Shown: positions 46,741 to 56,344 of the stretch, one piece after another | Position numbering within the stretch: the first letter of the stretch is position 1 | How the letters are laid out: each line of letters opens with the position of its first letter | Origin: Lachnospiraceae bacterium | GTDB taxonomy: Bacteria; Bacillota; Clostridia; Lachnospirales; Lachnospiraceae | Assembly (NCBI GenBank): GCA_017553505.1 | Contig: JAFZLD010000027.1 | Coordinates: forward strand, 33,119-97,118 | Length of the DNA: 64,000 bases | Direction: 5' to 3' | Program-made: the position numbers and the translations under genes | The notes under the pieces: generated by a model | Told to the model about the DNA's origin: nothing | What the model saw: the letters and a program-made list of their open reading frames with translations, nothing else | Databases searched by the model: none

Positions 46741-47169
46741 TTGAACAGAGAAAATAAAAGAAAACAATACGAAAAGAATTACTATAAGACACACCCTTGC
46801 AACGAATCCTTTACCTGCAAAGTCTGTGGCAGGCTCGTAGTGCCTGCCGGCGCCGGCAGCGACCATCGCAATCATTGTCCCTACTGCCTTTCAAGTCAGC
46901 ACTTAGACAATGAACCCGGCGACCGCGCCGCAGACTGCGGCGGCGTAATGGAGCCCATCTCCGTATGGGTACGCAAGAACGGCGAATGGGCCATCGTCCA
47001 TCGCTGCAAGATTTGCGGAGCTTTAAGTTCCAACCGCATCGCGGCAGACGACAATCCGATGAAGCTAATGTCTCTTGCCATGAAGCCGGTATCCTGCCCG
47101 CCTTTCCCCCTCGAGCGCATCGAAGAAATGACCCGCCTCATGGGCGGCGACGGCGAGCTTAAGTGGTAA
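46741..47169 (+). CDS. RNHCP-domain zinc-ribbon protein
   Basis: GSDHRNHCPYCLSSQH and HRCKICG motifs. I prefer the start at TTG 46741 (GGAGGA 7 nt upstream) over the ORF-track TTG at 46678. Confidence 0.75.
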   Translation: MNRENKRKQYEKNYYKTHPCNESFTCKVCGRLVVPAGAGSDHRNHCPYCLSSQHLDNEPGDRAADCGGVMEPISVWVRKNGEWAIVHRCKICGALSSNRIAADDNPMKLMSLAMKPVSCPPFPLERIEEMTRLMGGDGELKW

Positions 47170-47621
47170 AACCATACCATGTAAGCCTTTTTGTGGTCAT
47201 GGTAGGGTGCGAAGTTAATAGGTAATTGCATTCAACCATACCATATCAGCTATTAAGGCATAAAGGTAGGGTGTGTAATGACAGAAATATTACTGCTTCA
47301 CCCATCCACAGAGATAAAAACATAGATATGGTATGGTCTTATCTAAAAAACAGACCCTTCCTTCGAACACAAAAGTGCTCGATGGAGGGGTTTATTTTTA
47401 CAAAAAAGCTTATATACCCCCATCCATATGGCGAAAACGGTAGCGAAGGAGGGTTAAAAGGCAAAAAATGTATTCAGCAATGCCCATCCATTATGCAAAT
47501 ACAAGCAAGATGGAGGGGAAAATGGCAAGCTTATAGGAAAAAGCGCTCCATCCTTGTGAACCCTAAAGCTCTAACAGATGAAAAAAGCCCAGCCGAAGGC
47601 ACGAGCTTAATTGGATGGGCG
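47170..47621 (+). repeat. array of seven imperfect hairpin units (period 55-66 nt) filling a convergent intergenic region
   Basis: C-rich 5' arms at 47170, 47234, 47299, 47354, 47416, 47482, 47545. G-rich 3' arms at 47199, 47263, 47328, 47381, 47445, 47509, 47611. Examples: CCATACCAT/ATGGTAGGG, CCCTTCCTTCGA/TCGATGGAGGGG, CCCATCCAT/ATGGAGGG. Confidence 0.7.
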
Positions 47622-47664
47622 GCACAGGTAACATGTTGGTGAAAAAAACAATACGTACCGACAA

Positions 47665-48483
47665 TTATTTAGAGAACAGTTCATAGAACGTTACTGCGGA
47701 GGCTGCGGCTACATTGAGGGAGTCTACGCCGAGAAACATCGGAATTATGGCCGTGTAGTCGGAGGCAGCGAGAGTTTCGGGTTTGATACCGTTAGCTTCG
47801 TTGCCGAAGATTACGGCGAGCTTGTCGTGAGCCTTAATTGCAGGGTCATAGACAGGCACCGCATCATCACGTAAGGCGAGAGATACCGTAGTGAAGCCCG
47901 CAGACTTAAGAAGGGACATATAGTCAGCTCCCTTCTCGAAGTATGTAAAGGGCAAAGAAAACACTGTGCCGACAGACACTCTGGCGGCGCGACGATAGAG
48001 TGGGTCCGCGGAAACGTTCGTGATAAGCACGGCCTCGGCGCCAAGCGCCGCGGCGGACCTGTATATCGCACCCACATTCGTAGGATTCAAAACCTCCTCG
48101 AGCACCACAACTTTCTTAACCTGCGCAAGCAATTCCGCAGCGGGAACAGGAACCTTACGTTTAAATGCCGCAAGCGCACCGCGGGTCAGATTATATCCTA
48201 TAATCTCGCGCATCTCCTTCCAAGGCGCCACAAATACAGGCACATCGGGCACACCGCAGGACTCAACCAATTCCCGCATTTCACCTATTTCCCACACCTT
48301 ATCCTCGACAAAAAAAGAAATCGGCTCATACCCCTTATCAAGCGCACGCCTGATTACCATAGGAGTCTCGGCCACAAACACCCCTCCGTGGGGCTCATAA
48401 TAGTGGAAAAGCTGTGTTTCGTTGCATTCCGTATACATACTTAGTCGCTCGTCTCGACAATCGCAAATATTTATGACATTCAT
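47665..48483 (-). CDS. TrmH/SpoU-family RNA 2'-O-methyltransferase
   Basis: VLEEVLNPTNVGAIYRSAAALGA, VIFGNEANGI, IPMFLGVDSLNVAAASAV (the three SpoU motifs). Confidence 0.85.
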   Translation of the reverse strand: MNVINICDCRDERLSMYTECNETQLFHYYEPHGGVFVAETPMVIRRALDKGYEPISFFVEDKVWEIGEMRELVESCGVPDVPVFVAPWKEMREIIGYNLTRGALAAFKRKVPVPAAELLAQVKKVVVLEEVLNPTNVGAIYRSAAALGAEAVLITNVSADPLYRRAARVSVGTVFSLPFTYFEKGADYMSLLKSAGFTTVSLALRDDAVPVYDPAIKAHDKLAVIFGNEANGIKPETLAASDYTAIIPMFLGVDSLNVAAASAVTFYELFSK

Positions 48484-48721
48484 GATTTAACCTCAAAAAC
48501 ATATGTTATTAAGAATGATAACACAAATCTCAGGAAAAGCAGCGTGAAAATTCTCAAAAATTGCATGAAAAAAGCATAAAATCGCAACAAATCAAATTGA
48601 CACGGCACTGCGTTAATGATAGCCTATATATAGCGTAAAAACGCAGGTCGGGGCACGACACCCATAACAGAAAACGTTGACCGACAACTTCATACTACTA
48701 TCTGTACAGGGGAGGACACCC

Positions 48722-49969
48722 ATGACAAAAAACATTTTAGTTACAGATGCCAATGGAGACATTATCGGGACCACTTTTCCCAAACGGGCGAAGGGCCTCA
48801 TTAAGAGTGGGCGAGCAAGCTTCGTAGACGAAGGAACCATTCGAATGTCTGCAGGCAAGGCTCCGCCCGAACATAAATCGATTATTTCGGAGGAGACAAG
48901 ATCTATGATCTATATTACATTCAAAGGCGACGAATGGGTTCGTCGCAACACTGACATTTCTTTTATGACCGGCCTCGACGGTAAACTTTCCGAGACACTT
49001 ATGCTTGGCAGCTGGGACAGCGCCGAATCGGTAGCAGTTTCAAGACCCTACATGCTTACCCCCAACACCTCATACAGCTACGTATTCTGGCTTAACGGCG
49101 GTGAGAACGAGTCAGCCAATGAAGTCTGCAATTTTAAAATCACATTCTTTAACGATTGGGAGAATTGCAACGTTTACAGACTCAACAGAGGCTACATCAA
49201 GCCCCTCCTTCATCAGCAGGGATGGGAACTTTACGAGATTCCTTTCACGACTCCCGATGTCGCAGGCGACGTAAGCGTAACATTTTCCTTTACCGCAGCC
49301 AAGGCTCCCATGGCAGTTATGCCTGCCAAAGAACCTGCAGCTTACAGCGATTTAAAAGACGAGCCTGACGAGTACGCAGCTTACAGACCGCAGCGTCACA
49401 ACATCGTATTCCAGGACGGCTGGCCTTCAATCAACCAGTATGGCGGAGAGAAGTACTCGACAGAAGCCATCAGGGAGAAACTCGAGAGCAAGAAATCTGT
49501 CAAGTTCGGAGGCAAGCGTTTCAACTTCACCTTCAATAACAGTAAGGATGACGACGAAGATGTCTGGGACGAGCTTGAAGACCTTCATGACGAGATTGAC
49601 GATATGCTTGATGACATCGCGGGCACTCTTGACGATGTGGCAGGCGACCTCGAGGACGCAGGCGAAGACCTTGAAGATATAACTTCAGATAGCGATTTCG
49701 ATGCTTCCAAGTTCCAGACGGAGATTGATAAGTTTGCCAATGAATTAAAGTCGATAGACATCGACATCAGTGGCTTCACAGATGCGATTGACGGCTTCAA
49801 GAAAGACCTTAGGGCTATTGACAAGCAGATGTTTAACGGCAAGCCCGAAGCGGTAAGAGAAGCACTTAACGAGCTTCACTCCAAGGTTTCATCTATCGGT
49901 GATACCGTTGATGAACTCGACGGCCGCGTAAGCGACCTCGCCGACGACATCTCAGATCTCGACGACTAA
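48722..49969 (+). CDS. hypothetical protein with extremely acidic repeat-like C-terminal tail
   Basis: Start at MTKNILVTDANG (ATG 48722, GGGGAGGA upstream). The central part looks beta-rich. The last ~135 aa are D/E-rich with recurring LDD/LED heptad-like spacing (DELEDLHDEIDDMLDDIAGTLDDVAGDLEDAGEDLEDI...). No signal peptide. Confidence 0.7.
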   Translation: MTKNILVTDANGDIIGTTFPKRAKGLIKSGRASFVDEGTIRMSAGKAPPEHKSIISEETRSMIYITFKGDEWVRRNTDISFMTGLDGKLSETLMLGSWDSAESVAVSRPYMLTPNTSYSYVFWLNGGENESANEVCNFKITFFNDWENCNVYRLNRGYIKPLLHQQGWELYEIPFTTPDVAGDVSVTFSFTAAKAPMAVMPAKEPAAYSDLKDEPDEYAAYRPQRHNIVFQDGWPSINQYGGEKYSTEAIREKLESKKSVKFGGKRFNFTFNNSKDDDEDVWDELEDLHDEIDDMLDDIAGTLDDVAGDLEDAGEDLEDITSDSDFDASKFQTEIDKFANELKSIDIDISGFTDAIDGFKKDLRAIDKQMFNGKPEAVREALNELHSKVSSIGDTVDELDGRVSDLADDISDLDD

Positions 49970-49987
49970 AAGAAATAAGTAACATTA

Positions 49988-50019
49988 AAGGGTTTTGGAG
50001 TCTTCTTCAAAACCCTTTT
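49988..50019 (+). terminator. intrinsic terminator
   Basis: AAGGGTTTTG-N10-CAAAACCCTT followed by TTC. Confidence 0.75.
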
Positions 50020-50050
50020 CTCAAAAGAAAACACATCGGAGGATTACACT

Positions 50051-51892
50051 ATGCCACCCGGAGGAAGAATGGGCGGCCCCATCATGAGGGGCTTTATGGA
50101 CGAAGAAGAGAAGAAAAACGCGCCGAAGATTACCGGAGCACTGATAAAGCGCGTCATTTCCTACCTTACGCCCTATTGGAAACAGCTGTTATTGGTACTC
50201 GTTGCAATTTCTCTGTCATCGGTTCTTAACCTGATGCCATCGATTTTGACGGGTAAGATTATCGACGAAGGTCTTGGCAAAAGAAACCTTAAGATGCTCG
50301 TATTCTTTATCGTGGCATCCCTTCTTACCAACCTCGGCGCCAATCTCATAGGCGTACTCGAAAGCTACATCAACACCTGGATTGCCCAGCACATCACTTT
50401 TGACATGCGCAATCAGATGTACAGCCACCTCCAGAAGATGTCCCAGAGATTCTTTACAACCAACAATCAGGGCGACATCATCACCCGCATGACCAGCGAC
50501 ATCGACGGCGTTGAAAACGTCATTACCAATACATTCCGAAGCATATTATCGAATTCAATAACACTTGTTTTTGCTATCATCGCTATGTTCAGCAAGAACT
50601 GGATCATGGCGCTTATCGGCATAGCCGTCATCCCGCTTTTCGTAATTCCCACCCGCAGGGCCGGCAAGACTCGCTGGGCACTTACCAACGAAGCTCAGGC
50701 CTGCAACGACGAGATTAACGGCATCCTCAATGAGACCCTTTCCGTAAGCGGCCAGCTCCTCGTTAAGCTCTTCGGCAAAGAAAAACACGAATACGACCGC
50801 TACAAAGAAGCCAACTCCCGCATGGTCAAGCTCAACATCAAAGAGCGCATGGCCGGCCGCTGGTTCTTTGTGGTACTTACGACAGTTACCAACATCGGAC
50901 CTATGCTCCTGTACCTCGCAGGTGGCATCCTGATGATCAAATACAACAGTTCGCTCACCATCGGTGACGTTACTGTACTTGTGGCGCTCCTCGGCAGAAC
51001 TTACATGCCTGTCAATTCGCTTCTTAACATTCAGGTTGACTGGATGCGCTCTATGGCGTTATTCACAAGAATCTTTGATTACTTCGATATGCCCGTTGAA
51101 ATCAAAAATTCAGAAATACCTGTTATTCCTGCAAAGACCACGGGCCAAGTCGAGTTCGACCACGTATTCTTCAGCTACGACCCCGAGCGAGAAATCTTGC
51201 ATGACATAAGCTTCACCTTGGACAGCGGCAAAAGCATAGCCATCGTCGGCCCCTCCGGCTCCGGCAAAAGCACAATCATCAACCTTATCCCGCGCCTCTA
51301 CGATGTATGCGACGGACGAGTCCTCTTCGACGGCGAAGACGTCAGAGCTATCGACCTCGACTACCTCCGCAGAAATGTCGGCGTGGTATCTCAGGAGACA
51401 TACCTCTTTAACGGCACTATCAGAGACAACTTACTCTACGCCAAGCCCGACGCCACTGAGGAAGAACTCATTGATGCCTGCAAGAAAGCCAACATCTACG
51501 ACTTTATCAAGGGTCAGGAAACAGGCTTCGACACTATGGTTGGCAACCGCGGCCTGAAATTATCCGGCGGTGAAAAACAAAGAATATCCATTGCCAGAGT
51601 CCTTCTCAAAGACCCTGCATTACTTATATTTGACGAGGCCACCTCAGCTCTCGACTCCATTTCCGAAAGCAAGATTCAGGAGGCCATCGACCCCATTATC
51701 GAGTCTCGCACCAGCATACTTATAGCCCACAGATTATCGACTATTCTTGCGGCTGATGAGATACTTGTAATTAAAGATGGAAAAATTGCAGAACGCGGAC
51801 AGCACAAAGATCTGGTAAAAGCAGGCGGCGTATACACCGAGCTTTACAACACCCAGTTTAAGCGCATCCCCGACAGCGAAGACGGCGACTAG
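50051..51892 (+). CDS. ABC exporter, fused permease/ATPase (MsbA/multidrug type)
   Basis: 613 aa; six N-terminal helices; GPSGSGKSTIINLI, LSGGEKQRISIARVLL, IFDEATSALD. Confidence 0.9.
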   Translation: MPPGGRMGGPIMRGFMDEEEKKNAPKITGALIKRVISYLTPYWKQLLLVLVAISLSSVLNLMPSILTGKIIDEGLGKRNLKMLVFFIVASLLTNLGANLIGVLESYINTWIAQHITFDMRNQMYSHLQKMSQRFFTTNNQGDIITRMTSDIDGVENVITNTFRSILSNSITLVFAIIAMFSKNWIMALIGIAVIPLFVIPTRRAGKTRWALTNEAQACNDEINGILNETLSVSGQLLVKLFGKEKHEYDRYKEANSRMVKLNIKERMAGRWFFVVLTTVTNIGPMLLYLAGGILMIKYNSSLTIGDVTVLVALLGRTYMPVNSLLNIQVDWMRSMALFTRIFDYFDMPVEIKNSEIPVIPAKTTGQVEFDHVFFSYDPEREILHDISFTLDSGKSIAIVGPSGSGKSTIINLIPRLYDVCDGRVLFDGEDVRAIDLDYLRRNVGVVSQETYLFNGTIRDNLLYAKPDATEEELIDACKKANIYDFIKGQETGFDTMVGNRGLKLSGGEKQRISIARVLLKDPALLIFDEATSALDSISESKIQEAIDPIIESRTSILIAHRLSTILAADEILVIKDGKIAERGQHKDLVKAGGVYTELYNTQFKRIPDSEDGD

Positions 51893-51899
51893 AAGAATT

Positions 51900-52496
51900 A
51901 TGATTAAGATTAACGATTACATTTCCAAAATTGAATGCAGTGACCACCCGCTATCGGCGGACGTCTACATCATCAAAGGCGACAAGCATACCTACATAGT
52001 GGACGTAGGCAGCAACGAAGAGGCTCTTGAAACCCTCAAATCGATACCGAATAAGAAGATAATCATCACCCATTTTCACGCGGATCACATGGGTAACCTC
52101 AAGGCTCTCGCTCCCGAAAATAACGACCTTTATGTAGGAGATTATACCGCCAAGTACTATGGTGGCGGTACTGTCATTAAGGAACCCATACACCTCGAAG
52201 ATGGCGTAATTATTGACATTTTCCCGCTTCCCAGCAGCCACGCAAAAGGATGCTTGACCATCGCAGTCAACAAAAACTGCATTTTATTAGGTGACGGGTG
52301 TTATTCCAATATCAAGGGTTATAACGTTTCTGTCACTTTCGATATGATTAAGGTCTTGAAGAATATTGATTTTACAACCGCCATCAAGAGCCACGACGAC
52401 ACTTTATACACCAAAGACGAACTCATAACCGAGCTTGAAACCATTTATTCCAAAAAAGAAAAGGACAAACCCTACATAGATTTGTCCTTGTTGTAA
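51900..52496 (+). CDS. MBL-fold metallo-hydrolase (short)
   Basis: IIITHFHADHMGN motif. Confidence 0.75.
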   Translation: MIKINDYISKIECSDHPLSADVYIIKGDKHTYIVDVGSNEEALETLKSIPNKKIIITHFHADHMGNLKALAPENNDLYVGDYTAKYYGGGTVIKEPIHLEDGVIIDIFPLPSSHAKGCLTIAVNKNCILLGDGCYSNIKGYNVSVTFDMIKVLKNIDFTTAIKSHDDTLYTKDELITELETIYSKKEKDKPYIDLSLL

Positions 52497-52500
52497 AATT

Positions 52501-53526
52501 CTAAGGCCATATTGCCTCGCAAGTTTTTCTTTCGGCATATGATCTGCCGGAAGGCACATAGTACGTATACGAGGGCGCTTCCTTATCCACGAGGGAGCGC
52601 TTTGTTTCACCGTTTTTAAGATTTTCGGTTACAACGATATATTCACAGCCACCGGCAACTTTAAGCGTTGCAGGAATGCTTGCGGGATTGTAATTTTGAC
52701 TGTCGATAGCGGCTCCGGAAGCATCATATTGCGTGAAAGTGTAACTTGCAGGTTCGGAAATTACGCTTAACTTGACATTGACGGATACTTTTTCCGTAAC
52801 GGTCTTGCCTGTAGTATCGGTTTCGGTATATGAATTGTCAATGGATGTTGAAATGGTGAGCCCGACAGAGTAACCATCGTTGCTACAGGATATGCCTTGA
52901 CCGCTTACCATATATACATTTCCGAAAGCGTCTTGATACACAGGATTACAATAAATGCCTATTACTTCTTTGCCGGGATTGGGAAAAGCATATATAGTGC
53001 AGTTAAGCTCTGACTCGGTGACTTCGGAATGGGGGTTACCCTCGTCGCTCCTTATATTTGAGGAGGAAGCACATTCCATATCGGATGCCAGTATCCGAAC
53101 CACACGCCCGGCAATATTATTGACGTTACCATATTCATCTTCTTCTGCGGCATTTTCTGTTACCATGAAGCATCTGAGCCCATCAATCCCCTCAAAATTG
53201 TAATCCGAAGATATGTGCTCAGTTCCGTCTTCCGAAACACATGGTTCTTCAGTTCTTACAGCATAGATTCTGCCGCTATATTTCTGTGAATCCCCGGGCG
53301 ATACTATGACATCTCCGCTTAAAAGCGCATCGGCATTATCATTTAGGTACGCATCAATATCAAACGTATCTACATAATCCTCAGTCACAAACACTCCAAT
53401 CAACTTATCGCCCGTAGCATCCGCTTCCACCGGCTTTGCAAGTGAAACCTTGAATACAAGTCCCGCACATAAAGCCACTATTACTGTCACTGCCGCTAAG
53501 GCACCCACAAATCTATTGTTCTTCAT
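52501..53526 (-). CDS. hypothetical secreted/membrane-anchored protein
   Basis: Start at MKNNRFVGALAAVTVIVALCAGLVF (ATG 53526), overlapping the stop of the XRE gene by 14 nt; no family recognised. Confidence 0.65.
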   Translation of the reverse strand: MKNNRFVGALAAVTVIVALCAGLVFKVSLAKPVEADATGDKLIGVFVTEDYVDTFDIDAYLNDNADALLSGDVIVSPGDSQKYSGRIYAVRTEEPCVSEDGTEHISSDYNFEGIDGLRCFMVTENAAEEDEYGNVNNIAGRVVRILASDMECASSSNIRSDEGNPHSEVTESELNCTIYAFPNPGKEVIGIYCNPVYQDAFGNVYMVSGQGISCSNDGYSVGLTISTSIDNSYTETDTTGKTVTEKVSVNVKLSVISEPASYTFTQYDASGAAIDSQNYNPASIPATLKVAGGCEYIVVTENLKNGETKRSLVDKEAPSYTYYVPSGRSYAERKTCEAIWP

Positions 53527-53746
53527 CGCTATCCTCCTCCGGATTACCGTCAAATTTAAGAATATCCCCCACATCGCATTGCAGATGGTAGCAGATTTTG
53601 TTAATGGTTGAGAATCTGATACCTTTAGCCTTTCCGCTTCTGAGAATCGAGAGGTTAGCCTCCGTGATTCCTATCAAAGCGCACAGTTGCTTGGATGTCA
53701 TGGAGCGTTTTTTCAGTACATCTTCAAGATAAATTCTAATGGCCAT
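53513..53746 (-). CDS. small XRE-family HTH regulator (YozG-like)
   Basis: 77 aa; LKKRSMTSKQLCALIGITEANLSILRSGKAKGIRFSTINKICYHLQCDVGDIL. Confidence 0.85.
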   Translation of the reverse strand: MAIRIYLEDVLKKRSMTSKQLCALIGITEANLSILRSGKAKGIRFSTINKICYHLQCDVGDILKFDGNPEEDSDEEQ

Positions 53747-53766
53747 CTGTTATACTCTCCGAATGT

Positions 53767-54696
53767 CTAGATAAATAATTCATTGTCTTCGCGAAGATTT
53801 TTGTTCTCAATCAAGAGTCTTGTCAAAAGAAGAATTATCAAAGCAAATCCGATTTCCGTAATCGGTATGTAAAGATGCGCTTCAATATTGTTGAGCCTGT
53901 CAATGAACAGTACATTGAAAATATTTAACATCACCGAAGAAACAGCGCACAAAATAAGAGATACCCGGCTGAACGAGCATAGTGTCTCGGTGACTACGCG
54001 CAAGTCTTCGCTATCATTTGAAAGCGTATCGATAAGCTTAACAGTCCATAGCACAATGAGCAGTGTCAAAAGAAGATTTGCCCCATCAAATACCGCTTTG
54101 AGCGTAAGCCCCCAAAATGCATAGCCACCTTCACTCTTAGGCAAGGCATATACATTTTTACCGATAACATTTATGGAAAAGGCTGCCACAATTATCACAG
54201 CCACAAAGATCATCAGCACTTTTAAACACTTGTAAAGCGTGCTCTTGTCGGAATTCCTGACCGTTCTGACTATTCTCAGCACCAAATACAGAAGTATCAA
54301 CGAATCAATCGTAATTGCCGCAACAGAACGCACCACACTCTCTGCGGAAGAAAGTCCGAACATCGAAATCTGCGGGTTGATAGCTACATACATACAGAAA
54401 AACATTATGGGAGACAGTAGCAAAAGAACCACGTTCTCGGGCCTGGCCACCGATTTTTCTTTGGCCGATATGAGCACGATAATCGGGCATATGCATACAA
54501 GCGCATAGACCACTATCGCAAGAATATTGAAGACTCCGCCACGAAGCGAGAGGCGCCTTAACATATCACCGATAAAACCGAAAGGGAAGGATATGAGAGA
54601 AGCACCGGTGTATGATGCATTACTCGCGATAATGTAAAGAACCGCCACAATCACGGCTTCGATTGCAAGTATTAAGTATAATTTGCTTTTTTTCAC
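53767..54696 (-). CDS. polytopic membrane protein (DUF2975-like, long form)
   Basis: 309 aa with about 8 hydrophobic segments; sits immediately upstream of a YozG-like regulator, the usual DUF2975 context. Confidence 0.6.
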   Translation of the reverse strand: MKKSKLYLILAIEAVIVAVLYIIASNASYTGASLISFPFGFIGDMLRRLSLRGGVFNILAIVVYALVCICPIIVLISAKEKSVARPENVVLLLLSPIMFFCMYVAINPQISMFGLSSAESVVRSVAAITIDSLILLYLVLRIVRTVRNSDKSTLYKCLKVLMIFVAVIIVAAFSINVIGKNVYALPKSEGGYAFWGLTLKAVFDGANLLLTLLIVLWTVKLIDTLSNDSEDLRVVTETLCSFSRVSLILCAVSSVMLNIFNVLFIDRLNNIEAHLYIPITEIGFALIILLLTRLLIENKNLREDNELFI

Positions 54697-54726
54697 GATT
54701 TATACCCCTATGAAAATTATTGTTTT

Positions 54727-54766
54727 ACGATAATTTGACAATATCAAGTAAATTATCGTTTGTCAA
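54727..54766 (-). promoter_or_regulatory. minus-strand promoter (TTGACA-17-TGaTATTGT) bracketed by a 10-bp inverted repeat ACGATAATTT-N13-AAATTATCGT
   Basis: -35 at 54766-54761 and -10 at 54743-54738 on the minus strand. IR arms at 54727-54736 and 54750-54759. Candidate operator of the downstream XRE regulator. Confidence 0.5.
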
Positions 54767-54878
54767 TAATTATTCGCAAAAGAAAAATTAATTTATTTTT
54801 TCTTTTACTAAAAACGTATCTTAATGTAAAATCATAGTTGTAGTGATTAAGTATAATAGTTTGATGGGAGAGTAGACT

Positions 54879-55271
54879 ATGAATTTTGATGAAGCGGCTA
54901 AGAGAGCTGTAGAGCTTAAGACAACAGGACAGTGCAATTGCTGTCAGGCAGTGGCTGTGGCGCTTGCGGAGGAGACCGGGTTAAGCGAAGATACGATGAA
55001 GAAGATTGCTTCCGGCTTCTGCGTGGGCATGGGCACCATGAAGGCTACCTGCGGCGCGTTAATCGGCGCGGTTATGGTGGCAGGTATGAAACTTGACGGA
55101 AACGGCACGGTTAAGTATTCTAAGACTATGAGCGAGGAGTTTGAAGCAATGTCGGGAGCGCTTACCTGTAAGGATTTAAAGGGTATCGATACCGGCGTGG
55201 TAATCTGTCCTTGCGATCAGTGCGTAAGAAACGCAGTTATGTCATATGCAAAGGTTATGGGAGAACAGTAA
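54879..55271 (+). CDS. C_GCAxxG_C_C-family putative redox protein
   Basis: GQCNCCQAV, TCGALIGAVMV, LTCKDL, CPCDQC motif series. Confidence 0.8.
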   Translation: MNFDEAAKRAVELKTTGQCNCCQAVAVALAEETGLSEDTMKKIASGFCVGMGTMKATCGALIGAVMVAGMKLDGNGTVKYSKTMSEEFEAMSGALTCKDLKGIDTGVVICPCDQCVRNAVMSYAKVMGEQ

Positions 55272-56113
55272 TGGCTATTAAGATACTGGCTGACAGTACC
55301 TGCGATTTGTCGGAGGAACTGGTTAAGAGATATGGTATTACGATTGTTCCATTGAGTATCATTATGGGAGACGAGTCTTACTACGACGGTGAAGACGTGA
55401 CTCCCGATAAGATTTTTGAGTGGGCGGATGCCAATAAAACTACGCCCAAGACCGCGGCAGTATCTCAGGATCGCGCGGAAGCAGTGTTACGCCCTTTGAT
55501 TGATGCGGGCGATGACATCATTTTCTTTTGCATTTCCAGTAAGATGAGTTCTACCTGCAACGTGATTGCCATGGTAGGAGAGGGGTACGAGAAGCTTCAT
55601 GTGATTGACTCGTACAATCTGTCTACCGGCATCGGTCTTCAGGTAATTCGTGCAGCGGAACTTGCAGCCGGCGGAATGGATGCAGAATCTATTGCAGAGA
55701 GAATCAATGAGGACAGAGCCAAGGTTCGCGCCAGCTTTGTAATCGATACACTTACATACCTCGCACGCGGCGGACGTTGCAGTGCGGTTGCGGCACTTCT
55801 TGCCAATACGCTCAGGATTCATCCGATTATCGAGGTTCACGACGGCGCCATGGGAGTGGCCAGGAAACTTCGCGGCCATGTGGAGCACGCTATCATGTCT
55901 TACGTTACGGGACTTGAGGAAGACCTTAAGAACGCTCATCCCGCGCGTGTGTTTATCACTCATTCGGGTTGCAGTCGCGAACTGGTGGAAGAGGTGCGCG
56001 ACTACCTTGAAGGCTTAGGAATATTCGAAGAAGTTCTTGAGACCAGAGCGGGCGGCGTAATTTCCAGCCACTGCGGACCCAACACCCTCGGCGTACTGTT
56101 CTATGAAAAATAA
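55271..56113 (+). CDS. DegV-family fatty-acid-binding protein
   Basis: Start at MAIKILADSTCDL (TAATG overlap with the previous gene). Confidence 0.88.
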   Translation: MAIKILADSTCDLSEELVKRYGITIVPLSIIMGDESYYDGEDVTPDKIFEWADANKTTPKTAAVSQDRAEAVLRPLIDAGDDIIFFCISSKMSSTCNVIAMVGEGYEKLHVIDSYNLSTGIGLQVIRAAELAAGGMDAESIAERINEDRAKVRASFVIDTLTYLARGGRCSAVAALLANTLRIHPIIEVHDGAMGVARKLRGHVEHAIMSYVTGLEEDLKNAHPARVFITHSGCSRELVEEVRDYLEGLGIFEEVLETRAGGVISSHCGPNTLGVLFYEK

Positions 56114-56116
56114 AGC

Positions 56117-56145
56117 TTGCGTTTGAAAAAGCGCTATGCTAATAT
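56117..56145 (+). promoter_or_regulatory. candidate sigma-A promoter TTGCGT-17-TGcTAATAT
   Basis: -35 at 56117-56122, 17-nt spacer, extended -10 ending at 56145. Confidence 0.45.
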
Positions 56146-56344
56146 CAAGACAACGCAGAAAACTGCGAATAATTAAAAGGAACGCGAAAGCGTACGGTGA
56201 TTCAACAGAATGTGTGGCAGATAGTTTGATTTAAGCAATTACAGGATTTTAAAGCGGCCTTGACGGACCGGTTCTTTGTGTATGCTTAAATTGGATTGTC
56301 CTTACCTTACGTTCCTTTGGTTACCAATAGGGATTAGTTTGCGT

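Noticed and set aside
47170-47621. CRISPR array interpretation (period ~64 nt resembles repeat plus spacer)
   Set aside because: Only the ~10-nt arms are related, and they differ between units while remaining self-complementary. The loops are not conserved and there is no constant direct repeat of 24-40 nt. No cas genes are in the window.
47226-47642. 138-aa + strand ORF in the RNHCP-TrmH gap
   Set aside because: It has no RBS and no family resemblance. It is composed entirely of the hairpin-repeat array, and the protein shows no periodicity matching the DNA repeats. I interpret it as non-coding.
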